From the IMG/VR virus record IMGVR_UViG_3300031718_000177: DNA of 64,000 nucleotides. The stretch is one strand, 5' to 3'. The position numbers were made by a program, and so were the translations under genes. Below the pieces are notes generated by a model. The model saw only the letters and a list, made by a program, of their open reading frames with translations. It was not told where the DNA came from and made no database searches. This document shows, piece by piece, positions 47,279-56,775 of this stretch (its first letter is position 1; each line of letters begins with the position of its first letter). The stretch comes from a virus (lineage: Duplodnaviria; Heunggongvirae; Uroviricota; Caudoviricetes).

Positions 47279-48547
47279 TTACCAATCATGATTTTTCTTG
47301 ATTTTCTGATACTTTTTCTTGAAGGAGAGCAATTCTAACGGTTTGTTCTCAAGTTGGCAAGCCATGTCAAACGGCTCCTCAGCATAAATCATCTCAATAG
47401 TTGATGGTTCTGACAAACTCAGACTCTCCCGCCGAGCAGTGCAGATAGCCATCGCTTGAGGCACGGATCGTTCGTGGAATACGACGAGACATTCGGTAAC
47501 AACATCCCAAAACTTATCATTAAGCTCTTCTTGCATAACTTCACTTTTAGAAGTGTATAATTCTGAGGCGATATTGTCTAAGTGCTCAATGACAGTTAAA
47601 TAGTCCATATTGTAAAACTCAATTCCGGGCGCTCTCTTAACCGCCAACGCATTTGCCGTTTTTGTATCACAATGCATTTCGTAGAAATACCGAACCCAAT
47701 ATTTAAGGCACTCAATCGTATATTCAATTTCGTTCTTCACACCATAATCAATACACTTTTCTGCCCATGCTTTAACTTCTTCCTCGGAAGTGCCGTGTAA
47801 TTTACAAGGACAATCGCCAGTGCAAGATACACGAGGGAAACCAAGTTCAAGCGTATAAGGTGCGAGCGGGACATAATAGGGACTATTGACGCCGCGATTG
47901 GAGTTGTTTTCTGATTTAGCAGGAAACTTATAGCCGCATACGGAGCAAATATGTGATCTACTCCCTAGAATTGAATTACATTTAATACATCGCTTACGTC
48001 CGCGACCTTCTTCCTCATAAGTAGGAACATCATTAGCTTTTTTAGTAAAGTCCTCATTACCACAGAGGCATCGCAAAGCGCAAGCCGGAATATACTGGCC
48101 GCAATTTGAGCAATATTTACGTCCCTTACCACTTTCCTCATAAGTGGTCATCGGCTTATGTTCTGGCTTGGCCGCTTTGATGAATTCAGTTGAGGAGCAG
48201 ATACATTGAGAATGGCGTGCGCCAATGAATTTTTTACATTTAGCACATTGCTTCTTACCTTGACCACCTTCGTCAAAGGTTTTAATTATATGTTCCCCTT
48301 CGGGAACTACTGCTCTCTTAACGAATTCTGTGGACTGGCAAATCGGACAGAGACCTACGCGGGCACCTATAAAGGTAGTTCTGCCTTTCTGTAAACAACC
48401 GGCACATTGCTTTCTACCTCTACCGCCTTCGGTATAAGTAGTAGTATTGACAAGACCACAAGCCATCTCAATCAATTCTTCTTCGGTTGGCATCTTAACT
48501 CCTTGCTGTCTCGTTTTTCGATCCATCCAGGTCCAAAAAAGTCCCAT
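47279..48547 (-). CDS. protein with four tandem zinc-ribbon repeats plus a C-terminal domain (start probably the internal MPTEEEL near 48493)
   Basis: Four copies of T-x-[YD]-[ET]-E-x-G-x-G-[RK]-[KR]-x-C-x-x-C…C-x-[IV]-C (TTYTEGGRGRKQCAGC…CPIC, KTFDEGGQGKKQCAKC…CIC, TTYEESGKGRKYCSNC…CLC, PTYEEEGRGRKRCIKC…CSVC). Confidence 0.6.
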   Translation of the reverse strand: MGLFWTWMDRKTRQQGVKMPTEEELIEMACGLVNTTTYTEGGRGRKQCAGCLQKGRTTFIGARVGLCPICQSTEFVKRAVVPEGEHIIKTFDEGGQGKKQCAKCKKFIGARHSQCICSSTEFIKAAKPEHKPMTTYEESGKGRKYCSNCGQYIPACALRCLCGNEDFTKKANDVPTYEEEGRGRKRCIKCNSILGSRSHICSVCGYKFPAKSENNSNRGVNSPYYVPLAPYTLELGFPRVSCTGDCPCKLHGTSEEEVKAWAEKCIDYGVKNEIEYTIECLKYWVRYFYEMHCDTKTANALAVKRAPGIEFYNMDYLTVIEHLDNIASELYTSKSEVMQEELNDKFWDVVTECLVVFHERSVPQAMAICTARRESLSLSEPSTIEMIYAEEPFDMACQLENKPLELLSFKKKYQKIKKNHDW

Positions 48548-48735
48548 GTATAACCCATCTCATAATCGTCCCATTGTACCCGAAAGCTCCTGAGTTCGAT
48601 TTTGACGACCTTCCCAAAAATGCCATGATAGCAAGCCGTATATCCCGGTTCAGGCCAGATTCGCTTAATACGGCAATCTTCAACAGTGTCGCCAACTACA
48701 AGTGGGAGCATCTTAACTTTCCTTTGGTTAACCAA
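48472..48735 (-). CDS. hypothetical protein (start probably the internal MLPLVVGDT)
   Basis: Repeat-borne RBS AAGGAAAGTTAAGATG. Confidence 0.4.
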   Translation of the reverse strand: MVNQRKVKMLPLVVGDTVEDCRIKRIWPEPGYTACYHGIFGKVVKIELRSFRVQWDDYEMGYTWDFFGPGWIEKRDSKELRCQPKKN

Positions 48736-49030
48736 ACTTGATTGTAATCACATGGGTATAATGATAGTCATTTGATACTTCTTTTTGATTTTCTGTGATA
48801 TTTACTACGTTTTCTGTCTTGAAAACTACCATTGCCCCGTCGCTAGAATCGCCATCGGATATAGCCACATAGTACAAACTTTCATCATCAAGGTCTTTTC
48901 TTAATTCTCCATCCAGAACGAGGGCACAACAACAATCGGGATGTCCGTCAATCCGAATACGAACCCTATTGCCCACGTATCCTGCTGGCGTAAGCAAATC
49001 TAATTGTTTGCGGGCTTCTTCAGTTGGCAT
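48728..49030 (-). CDS. hypothetical protein beginning MPTEE
   Basis: 100 aa; same RBS-containing repeat. Confidence 0.45.
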   Translation of the reverse strand: MPTEEARKQLDLLTPAGYVGNRVRIRIDGHPDCCCALVLDGELRKDLDDESLYYVAISDGDSSDGAMVVFKTENVVNITENQKEVSNDYHYTHVITIKFG

Positions 49031-49031
49031 C

Positions 49032-49607
49032 TTAACTTTCCTTTGGTTCGTACAAGGTTCCCCAACGCTCTTTCTGTCCCTGCATATAACACTTCCAATT
49101 AGCGCGACTGGTGAATGTTAGCGTAGAAGCTGTTTTACCAGATAAAAACATTTCTAGGGCAGGATACGATCCCCAAAAATAACCAGCTTTACACGCATAC
49201 CTGAAAGGCAATCTTGTATGCTGGTAGCCACTTTTCAACAAGGCAGTAAATACACCCTTCCGCAGCATTGATTGCATCCAGAAATCGGCTACATGGATAC
49301 TCAGTACAGTTATAGGTTTGTGTATACCGCACTTCAATTTCACCAATAAGAAGGTAGTTTTGTCTTTAAGGTTTAGTTTCTTTTCTGCGTGAACAATAAG
49401 ACGAATAACTCTTTGTGGATTTTTCCCCCCGTAGGTAAAATATATATCGGGGTTATCAAAGTGACTATGAAATGTTTCTCTACAATGGAAGATAAATAAC
49501 GAGTTTTCAAGCGAAGTACAAAACCGTCCCCACTTTCGTATGTCGGCCGCCATATATGCTACGTTCTTTTCGGTGATTTCTAGTTTGGAGAAGGGAGACC
49601 ACATCAC
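49032..49607 (-). CDS. member of the W-x2-S-x-LRR...TALLK paralog family
   Basis: IHVADFWMQSMLRKGVFTALLKSGYQH; RLIVHAEKKLNLKDKTTF block. Confidence 0.55.
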   Translation of the reverse strand: MMWSPFSKLEITEKNVAYMAADIRKWGRFCTSLENSLFIFHCRETFHSHFDNPDIYFTYGGKNPQRVIRLIVHAEKKLNLKDKTTFLLVKLKCGIHKPITVLSIHVADFWMQSMLRKGVFTALLKSGYQHTRLPFRYACKAGYFWGSYPALEMFLSGKTASTLTFTSRANWKCYMQGQKERWGTLYEPKES

Positions 49608-49918
49608 AAGACTTTCTTTACTGGCAATTCCATCTTTATTTGATGTTCATGGCGACGATCTAGCAAATCAATTTGGCTATCGGCAGCTTCTAACCGATAC
49701 AATGTTGCTTTACCCATAGGTTCGTGTCCTAACTTAAACTTAATGTTTTTGCCGAAATTATAAGGTTCAACTAAATCTTCGTCGGTCCAAGTTTTTCCTG
49801 TAGCAAGATGATAACGACCCATAATTTCTGCAACATGCAGGTATTTTGTAATCCAACTGCCGGCACGCAATATCGTTAAAGATGGATTCGGAGAACCGTG
49901 ATAATACGTTCGTATCAT
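49604..49918 (-). CDS. hypothetical protein
   Basis: 104 aa. Confidence 0.45.
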   Translation of the reverse strand: MIRTYYHGSPNPSLTILRAGSWITKYLHVAEIMGRYHLATGKTWTDEDLVEPYNFGKNIKFKLGHEPMGKATLYRLEAADSQIDLLDRRHEHQIKMELPVKKVL

Positions 49919-49920
49919 TT

Positions 49921-51012
49921 TTAAGCCGCGTCAAGTTCTTTCTCTTTAGTACAGTGTTGGGCTTTGTAAATTGCTCCCTCGGGCAACAAAGTAATCCCCT
50001 TGGGGGTCAATTTGATCCAATTCTGTCCCATCCCAATCAAACCCGGAATAATTTCATCCACTACTTCTATATAAGACCTGCCACTCATACACACCAGACG
50101 TTCAATACCCGTATATTCACCCTCGTTCAACGCCCCGATAACCTCACGGGTACTTCTGTCAATACCCAAAGAATCTATGCCTTTATTTACAACAATACGA
50201 GCGACAGCTTCTTCCCAACTAGAGCCGGCATAATTCTTTTCGTGCTTGAAGGACTTAATAAAACCAATAGCCAATCGGGGAACATTTTTACCATATTTAG
50301 CAGCACAAGCGGCTACTGGCCTGGGAACCTTTGGGAACCTAGCCAAGAGTATATCTACGACTTCATTCTTAGAATAGGGACGAAGTTCAATTACCTCAAA
50401 TCTATCACGAAATGGTTTGGGCAACTGATGCCAATCAGTCGTAGATACAATCCAACAGATTTGTCTACAATCCAATGTCCATTGACCTTGTTTGGTCAAA
50501 ATAGAATCATCGGGTTCGGTGGCTTTTAGAAGTTCTGCCATGATACCGTTCGGCACTTTGCGGGTTTTGCCTACGTATTTGTGAACTTCATCAACAAAAA
50601 TAGTACAAGGTGGAACGAGGCATTTATCATCTTCTTCATACAACGGAGTTTCGTATTTATCCATTGCGTCAGCGATAGCGTCATAGATTTGCTGAATGTC
50701 GCTAATTCTGCCGAGTTCAATGAAAGGCAAAACAACTGTTTGAGCAAACTTTCTGGCAAGGGTGGTTTTACCAAAACCAGCAGGGCCAACCAGAGCGATA
50801 TTGGTTTTTTCGCCATGACCAGCAGAATAATCTACTACGGCGTGATTACTATTACGCCAAGCACAGAAAGCGATTGCAGACAATATACGTAGTGCTTCTT
50901 CGTTGCCTATGAAAGAACTTAGCGGACATTCTTTATTAGACCTAGCTAGAATTGCCCGGATTTCTTGGTCTGTCGGCTTGTGGTCGGCATCAAAGAGAAC
51001 TTCCGTGTACAT
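49921..51012 (-). CDS. RuvB-like AAA+ ATPase
   Basis: Walker A ALVGPAGFGKTTLA, Walker B TIFVDEVH, C-terminal RuvB-type winged helix (…IEVVDEIIPGLIGMGQNWIKLTPKGI…). Confidence 0.6.
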   Translation of the reverse strand: MYTEVLFDADHKPTDQEIRAILARSNKECPLSSFIGNEEALRILSAIAFCAWRNSNHAVVDYSAGHGEKTNIALVGPAGFGKTTLARKFAQTVVLPFIELGRISDIQQIYDAIADAMDKYETPLYEEDDKCLVPPCTIFVDEVHKYVGKTRKVPNGIMAELLKATEPDDSILTKQGQWTLDCRQICWIVSTTDWHQLPKPFRDRFEVIELRPYSKNEVVDILLARFPKVPRPVAACAAKYGKNVPRLAIGFIKSFKHEKNYAGSSWEEAVARIVVNKGIDSLGIDRSTREVIGALNEGEYTGIERLVCMSGRSYIEVVDEIIPGLIGMGQNWIKLTPKGITLLPEGAIYKAQHCTKEKELDAA

Positions 51013-51223
51013 TTGTTGTTGCTTTCTTGTTTGCTTTTTGCCGCGCTAGTTCTTCAAGGTAATATTTACCTCCAATTCGCCATAATGGATCGCTCTGTGT
51101 CCATTCTTCATCTAACCGAACAGGTACTTGACCTAGCGCTTTATAATGACGCCACAAAAGACTTAACTGTTTCCGTGAAAACTTTGACCAGTCGGTGTCA
51201 TCAATCGTAGTAATTCGGGTCAT
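50990..51223 (-). CDS. hypothetical protein
   Basis: 77 aa. Confidence 0.35.
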   Translation of the reverse strand: MTRITTIDDTDWSKFSRKQLSLLWRHYKALGQVPVRLDEEWTQSDPLWRIGGKYYLEELARQKANKKATTNVHGSSL

Positions 51224-51491
51224 CCATTTTACCTTTCATATCATATTGTAGAGAAGATACATCGTTATGGAGATTCGTGAGGTACATTTCCACATAATGC
51301 TTCCAGCCGTTATTGCGTATTTCGTCAATCTTGACTTTAAGTTCTGCTTGTCTTTCTTCCTTCCGTTTCTTAGTTGCGAATAACATACAACTGCGGTCTA
51401 ACAGCGTGTAGGAGTTTTCCCACGCTTGCTCTTCCGTAAGACCGCCGTTTTTTACTCTCTCAAAATAGTTTAGAATCTCGAATTCGTTCAT
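51201..51491 (-). CDS. hypothetical protein
   Basis: 96 aa. Confidence 0.4.
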   Translation of the reverse strand: MNEFEILNYFERVKNGGLTEEQAWENSYTLLDRSCMLFATKKRKEERQAELKVKIDEIRNNGWKHYVEMYLTNLHNDVSSLQYDMKGKMDDPNYYD

Positions 51492-51748
51492 TTCTCAAAC
51501 TTCTTTCTAAGTTTCTCGTATTGTTCACGGTCTGTTTGATTTTCCTTTTCTTTCTTCTCATTGCGCATTGCGTTAAGGTCTAATTTCTTTCGCCCAGCAA
51601 TAGCGAATATCGTCGCCTTATCTATACCTTGTTCATCTTGCCTTCGCCTCTTCCGTCGTATCTATCTCTTTTGGCAACATTACAAACTTCTGACCACAAG
51701 CAATACTATAATCACAGCCGCCACCTTGACAGTACAGGACAGCGAATC

Positions 51749-52108
51749 TCATTTTGATTCTCCACAAGCTGGACAAGTCTTACCGTCTTCTGATTCCCAT
51801 TCGTGTTTGCAGGCGGTACAACGCCAAAGTCCTATTTGTTTGCCCTGTGTAATATCGTAAACATTTGCATCCGTTTTACATAAAGGACAGGAACAATCGG
51901 CATATACCGGAGGGTCAATCTCGGGGTTGTCCTTGACTCTCCATTCCAAGCCACACCGAACACACTTTAGATCATGCTCGTGTGAACAGAATTGCCCGAT
52001 ATGCTCATGTCCAAACCAAAACAAACGGGGAATAGCTGTCTCTGGCAGTTGTCCGCTTTCAACTAGCGTTGCCATCTTGCTTAATTCGTCAGCGAACTCT
52101 TGCCGCAT
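51749..52108 (-). CDS. zinc-ribbon protein
   Basis: 119 aa; CVRCG…CSCPLC…CTAC…CPAC. Confidence 0.45.
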   Translation of the reverse strand: MRQEFADELSKMATLVESGQLPETAIPRLFWFGHEHIGQFCSHEHDLKCVRCGLEWRVKDNPEIDPPVYADCSCPLCKTDANVYDITQGKQIGLWRCTACKHEWESEDGKTCPACGESK

Positions 52109-52114
52109 TATTTG

Positions 52115-53014
52115 CTACCCCGCCTCTCTCTCGATATTCATATTGTGATAAGCTCTCTGTATCTTTTCGTGTATTCGTACCATTATATCGTGTGCAGTTT
52201 GAGAAGTTACGGGCTTACCTGTTTTGGGGTTCATTATATCACGAGCGATTCTGGATTTCAAGCCCCAATCATTACCGAAACTTGAAGTCATAACCGCTTC
52301 TAAAACTTGTTTTTCTACCGGGCTAAGGTCTGCGCTATCAACTGCCTTTTGCCAATCCGGATTAAACTTATGATTATCCTCGTATACGCCCTCATTGATG
52401 TCGTCATCATCACGACTTAACTGTGAACGCGAGATAACCTTACACCTTGCCCGCGTTAATTTACGATAATCATTTTGAGTTACATTATGACGAACACAAG
52501 CTTCATCAAAGGTAATGGGCTCAGGAAGACCAGAACGATAATCCTCTAAGGTTTGCAGCAATTCTTGGATACGACGGGAAGCAATATTTTGGTGAGCACG
52601 CTGACAATCGATAATATGATTTTTAATAGAACAACTCACGAAGGTACTGCATTTACTCTTAGTCGGGTCTGTATATCCATAGATACCTTTAAGCAAGCCG
52701 TTGATGGCTTCTTCTTGTACATCAAATAGACAATTCAGATAGCGGTATCTACGAGCAAACCTCTTAGCTAAACGGCAGTAATGTGCCATAAGCTGAGGCA
52801 CAACTTCGGATAGCATAATATTTACCAAAGATTGTTCATTGGTAGTTAAAGTAATGTTTAATTCGCCAGAAAAGAACTTAACTCTAAACGTATTATACTC
52901 TAAGTTAAGTCCTTCGGCTTTTGTTCGGAGCATTTTATTACAAGAAATAGCAACTTTTAAGAGTCTTTTACGAATAGATTGATTTAATGTGATGGGAGAG
53001 ATTCCACAAATCAA
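52115..53014 (-). CDS. sigma-70 family sigma factor
   Basis: Region 2 match (LFDVQEEAINGLLKGIYGYTDP…KCSTFVSCSIKNHI versus DLIQEGNIGLMKAVEKFDP…KFSTYATWWIR); region 4-like LSPVEKQVLEAV…VTSQTAHDIMVRIHEKI. Confidence 0.55.
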   Translation of the reverse strand: MICGISPITLNQSIRKRLLKVAISCNKMLRTKAEGLNLEYNTFRVKFFSGELNITLTTNEQSLVNIMLSEVVPQLMAHYCRLAKRFARRYRYLNCLFDVQEEAINGLLKGIYGYTDPTKSKCSTFVSCSIKNHIIDCQRAHQNIASRRIQELLQTLEDYRSGLPEPITFDEACVRHNVTQNDYRKLTRARCKVISRSQLSRDDDDINEGVYEDNHKFNPDWQKAVDSADLSPVEKQVLEAVMTSSFGNDWGLKSRIARDIMNPKTGKPVTSQTAHDIMVRIHEKIQRAYHNMNIEREAG

Positions 53015-53091
53015 GGGTCTAACTCCATTTACGAGATTTGGGCGACTGAAACAGTACAGAGACAGATGGAGGTGAACGGGGGTATAGGTCG

Positions 53092-53487
53092 TTAATGTCT
53101 GCGATAATAGCCGTTCGCTAAGAACAATTTTTGGCTAACGTGAAGTATATCAGATTGCGTTAGATTTTCAACCAGAGCATCGGGGAAAAACTTATTCTCG
53201 GTAACTCCGCACCTCCCGACATCTCTATTTATCCGAAAACGGTCTCCTTCTTGAGCCATTATTCCGATTTCAGGATGAAAAGAAAGAATAATCTTAAATG
53301 ATGGACTCGGATAACCCCCGAAAAACCCCGACCAAATCCGCACAATAGGATAAAGTACAAAATCGTTATCGTTATTTAACTCGTCAGGTAGTGGTTCGCC
53401 AATCGCATTATAGTGCTGCCGCAAAATACTTAACTGTGCGAAAGAGAACATGAGTGATATAGTACAGGAAGAAGAGAGGAGGGGCAA
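53092..53487 (-). CDS. hypothetical protein
   Basis: 131 aa. Confidence 0.45.
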   Translation of the reverse strand: MPLLSSSCTISLMFSFAQLSILRQHYNAIGEPLPDELNNDNDFVLYPIVRIWSGFFGGYPSPSFKIILSFHPEIGIMAQEGDRFRINRDVGRCGVTENKFFPDALVENLTQSDILHVSQKLFLANGYYRRH

Positions 53488-53499
53488 GGGATTTTAATA

Positions 53500-53910
53500 C
53501 TAACCGGATAAACTCTGAACCATCTGGAGCGACATGCGGAGCGAATCATTTAGCTGCAAGACAATTAACTGAACTTGATTGTAAAGATCACTTATGGAAT
53601 AATTGTCTCTTCCAAAGAATTGCTGCAAACCATTCCTATCCACTTCTAAAGTATAGGTTGACATTATGCCGGTTCCTAGCGGAGTGTTCTTAATTACGTA
53701 CTTCCAAGTAACAGGTGAACCGGTAATTGGTTGCGAAATATTACCAGGAGTTCCTGGCGTTGTACCTACTGCTTGTGTTGCTGTTGCCGTAAAAGTAATA
53801 CCATCACCTAATGATGTCCAGTTAAGTTTACCAGATGTAGTGGCTTGAATTAACTCTCCCACAAGGTTTGTTGCATACGAATTTTGGAGATCCAAAAGGG
53901 TTGTGGACAT
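53500..53910 (-). CDS. hypothetical protein (Thr/Gly-rich)
   Basis: 136 aa; first gene of the long minus-strand block. Confidence 0.45.
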   Translation of the reverse strand: MSTTLLDLQNSYATNLVGELIQATTSGKLNWTSLGDGITFTATATQAVGTTPGTPGNISQPITGSPVTWKYVIKNTPLGTGIMSTYTLEVDRNGLQQFFGRDNYSISDLYNQVQLIVLQLNDSLRMSLQMVQSLSG

Positions 53911-54127
53911 GTAAGTATATATCTATACTAACTTTAATTTTCTTCTCGGCTTAGGAACAAAATTACCCTAATCACAATCAGGAAAGTTTAAGTAACACCC
54001 TTGTCCTCCTGTAAATCCCGCACTATCAGTTCCCTTATTTTCTCGCTAACCGTCTTGTATTCCTTTTTACACTTTTTTTCCAATTTCTCAAAAAGAGAGG
54101 GTTGTATCACAACCGAAATTAACCGTG

Positions 54128-54156
54128 TTGTCAGTTCTTTCTTCATATACTATAAT
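54128..54156 (+). promoter_or_regulatory. sigma70-like promoter TTGTCA-17-TATAAT for the plus-strand module
   Basis: ttgtcagttctttcttcatatacTATAAT in the divergent intergenic region. Confidence 0.5.
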
Positions 54157-54190
54157 ATAGTATCTCAAAACGAAAATTAAGAAAAAATTA

Positions 54191-54427
54191 TTGAAAATCT
54201 TCCTCCTCTTGCCATTTTCCCTGGCGTGTGGTAGAGTGAGAGGTACGAATATGAAGGGAAAATCGTCTGCGAATTACGTTTGCTCCAAATGCAATAAACC
54301 ATTCACTTATGACGGACAGACCGATAATTTTATCATTTATGATGCAAAAGATGATAAAGTCCTAATCCTATGCAGGAGTTGTAGTAAAGTAGCACGATCA
54401 CGATTGAAAATAAGGAAAATAAAATGA
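54191..54427 (+). CDS. small zinc-ribbon protein (likely starts at the internal MKGKSS)
   Basis: CSKCN…CRSC. Confidence 0.4.
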   Translation: MKIFLLLPFSLACGRVRGTNMKGKSSANYVCSKCNKPFTYDGQTDNFIIYDAKDDKVLILCRSCSKVARSRLKIRKIK

Positions 54428-54642
54428 AAACCCCTAAGGAAAAGTTTGATGGAGTAATTATATTTAACATATGCGTAGGGAATGCCTCACTAGATGCCGC
54501 TATGGAATATATTGAAAAAAGGAAAAAAGCAAACGATTTCAATAGGTGGCCAGATAATTATGACCGTTTGTGGCTACCCACATGGAACGATAATAAGGAC
54601 AGCATACAGTTAATGCCCTTTAATCAATTAGGAAACAAATAA
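54424..54642 (+). CDS. hypothetical protein
   Basis: 72 aa; ATGA coupling. Confidence 0.4.
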   Translation: MKTPKEKFDGVIIFNICVGNASLDAAMEYIEKRKKANDFNRWPDNYDRLWLPTWNDNKDSIQLMPFNQLGNK

Positions 54643-55352
54643 TGTCGCAACGAGTAGCTACCAGAAATGGTAATAAAAACCTGTTATTAGTATGTCCACA
54701 TGGGTTTGATGATACCAATACGGATATCATAACCGAAGAGTTAGCATCTTCGCTTGATTGCTTCTCTCTCATCAATTACGGATGGGAAAGGACGCGAAAG
54801 CCGGATGATGTTAAAGGGTGGGCCGATTGTAATAACAGCAAACACGTTATGGATAAAAATTCGGTTGTGTTCGCCGAATTCGGCAAACCGTTCATACAAA
54901 TGCGGGCAAAGATATACAAGTTTAACAAGTCATTTTACACTCTTTATATTCACGGTTGTGGCAGCCGTGTTAGAAAAGTCACTAAAGACCCCGATTTGGG
55001 TATGATTATCGGTTTCGGACAAGGTACTACTCCGTCACTAACTTGTGAAAAATGGATGGCCGAGGTATTAGCAATTCATGCTACTGCGAACAATATCAAA
55101 ACATACTTGGGCAAAGCCGATGGCGATTATGCAGCATGGCTACAAAACAATATGTGCCAATATTATCGCAAGAAACGACCTGAACCGCTTATTCACAGTA
55201 TGCAGTTAGAAATCGTGAGTGCTTTGCGTAAAGACAGTAATTGTAAAGCGACAGCTACGCTGCTAGCTAAAGCCATTGACGAATTACTTAAATTAGATAT
55301 CAAAGGTGGAGACCCGAATGCAGGGAAGCAGTTGAATATACCGGAGTGTTAG
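54642..55352 (+). CDS. putative amidohydrolase (N-formylglutamate amidohydrolase-like)
   Basis: N-terminal LLLVCPHGFDD resembles the FGase-family HxG motif; family assignment is weak. Confidence 0.4.
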   Translation: MSQRVATRNGNKNLLLVCPHGFDDTNTDIITEELASSLDCFSLINYGWERTRKPDDVKGWADCNNSKHVMDKNSVVFAEFGKPFIQMRAKIYKFNKSFYTLYIHGCGSRVRKVTKDPDLGMIIGFGQGTTPSLTCEKWMAEVLAIHATANNIKTYLGKADGDYAAWLQNNMCQYYRKKRPEPLIHSMQLEIVSALRKDSNCKATATLLAKAIDELLKLDIKGGDPNAGKQLNIPEC

Positions 55353-55649
55353 ATGTGTCAAAACGGTAAGTGCGATTATCCCGCTCAATTTCACATAACT
55401 TCTGATAGTCCTTACATCTGGGTTGAAAAAGATTTAAGGGGCACAAACACATCTCTCAAGAAGTTGCTTGCTGATATGTCTGACGAACAAAGAAAGGCCA
55501 TTTCACATCAATTTCATAAGCAAAGAGGAGGGACAGTAAAGATAAGTGATGTTACTGAATTATATGTATGTCCAGAAAGTTTCCAGAAAGTTGTAAAGAT
55601 AAATGGCCTTAAGTTATATGTGCAAGCAGAAAGCTTCCAACAATGCTAG
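55353..55649 (+). CDS. hypothetical protein
   Basis: 98 aa. Confidence 0.4.
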   Translation: MCQNGKCDYPAQFHITSDSPYIWVEKDLRGTNTSLKKLLADMSDEQRKAISHQFHKQRGGTVKISDVTELYVCPESFQKVVKINGLKLYVQAESFQQC

Positions 55650-56287
55650 TCATTATATTCGGTCGTCCAGGTGCCGGCAAAGGTACTCACGGAAAAACCT
55701 TAGCCAAAGCTTTTGGCATACCATATATTGGAACTGGCGATATTCTAAGACAAAGAGCAGCATGCGACCTTAAAATTGGCAACTTAATGGAAGAATATGC
55801 GGCCAAAGGCCACTTATTGCCCGATGAAATCCTGAATCCAATTGTATTAGATTGTTTATCAAAACATAAGGATAAAGGGGCTATCATCGATGGCTACCCA
55901 CGCAACGAGACACAAGCCCGTTTCTTATTAGGATATCATACAAGTAATGAAATAAGAATCGATTGGATATTGAACTTTGTTGTATCCGAACTAGTAGCCA
56001 TTAAACGTCTTATGAAGCGAGGCAGAAGTGATGATTCTGATATTTCCGTTATCCGAGATAGAATGGAAGTTTATGAAAAGGAAACCTTGCCTGCTCTGTG
56101 CTTACTAGAACAACATTTACTAGTTAGTACGGTAGACGGCGAAGGAAGTATTGAAGAAGTGAAAGAAAAAATCATCTTGGCTTGGGAGGACTACTCGCGG
56201 AAGGTCTTACGAGCATATTACGACAAATTTATCGATCAAGAATTAAGAAGTAAAAAATACATCTTGCAACGTAATATGGAAACATAA
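55643..56287 (+). CDS. adk: adenylate kinase
   Basis: P-loop IIFGRPGAGKGT, NMP-binding region, IIDGYPRNETQA, LID-like RGRSDDS…RDRMEVY. Confidence 0.8.
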   Translation: MLVIIFGRPGAGKGTHGKTLAKAFGIPYIGTGDILRQRAACDLKIGNLMEEYAAKGHLLPDEILNPIVLDCLSKHKDKGAIIDGYPRNETQARFLLGYHTSNEIRIDWILNFVVSELVAIKRLMKRGRSDDSDISVIRDRMEVYEKETLPALCLLEQHLLVSTVDGEGSIEEVKEKIILAWEDYSRKVLRAYYDKFIDQELRSKKYILQRNMET

Positions 56288-56560
56288 ATGAACCAATGGG
56301 AAGAGTTGAAGCGTATTAAGAGCAAGGTAGGGATTTTATTCATCACGGAGGATTTCGGTCGGACAAACTATTGGCTTATAGAGAGTATTCAATTCAGGGA
56401 GAATTGGGGCGGGGGCTTCGCGGTTAAACTGGATAGTATTACAAATCCAGTCTTCGATAAGGGAGAAGTAGCAATAACTTATTTTAACAAATACTACAAA
56501 GAAGTTCCGAAGAATGAAGTGCCAAAAGAGTTGCAACAATATGATAGGAGATTCCAATGA
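56288..56560 (+). CDS. hypothetical protein
   Basis: 90 aa. Confidence 0.4.
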   Translation: MNQWEELKRIKSKVGILFITEDFGRTNYWLIESIQFRENWGGGFAVKLDSITNPVFDKGEVAITYFNKYYKEVPKNEVPKELQQYDRRFQ

Positions 56561-56775
56561 ATGTCTGGCAAATTCAAGGGCAAATACGTGCAGTTAAAAA
56601 AGAAGCATTAAAGAAATATAAGGGGAAGAAATTAGACGAAAAAGCATGCAAGAAATTGGTTAAGGATATTATTGAAGCAGTAAATCAAATCTGTCGCGTA
56701 GATATAATAGTTTCCAAAGAATGGATCGTTGAAGATATTATCATAGACACAGGGATGGGGATGATGCCGGTGTGA
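56557..56775 (+). CDS. hypothetical protein
   Basis: 72 aa. Confidence 0.4.
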   Translation: MNVWQIQGQIRAVKKEALKKYKGKKLDEKACKKLVKDIIEAVNQICRVDIIVSKEWIVEDIIIDTGMGMMPV

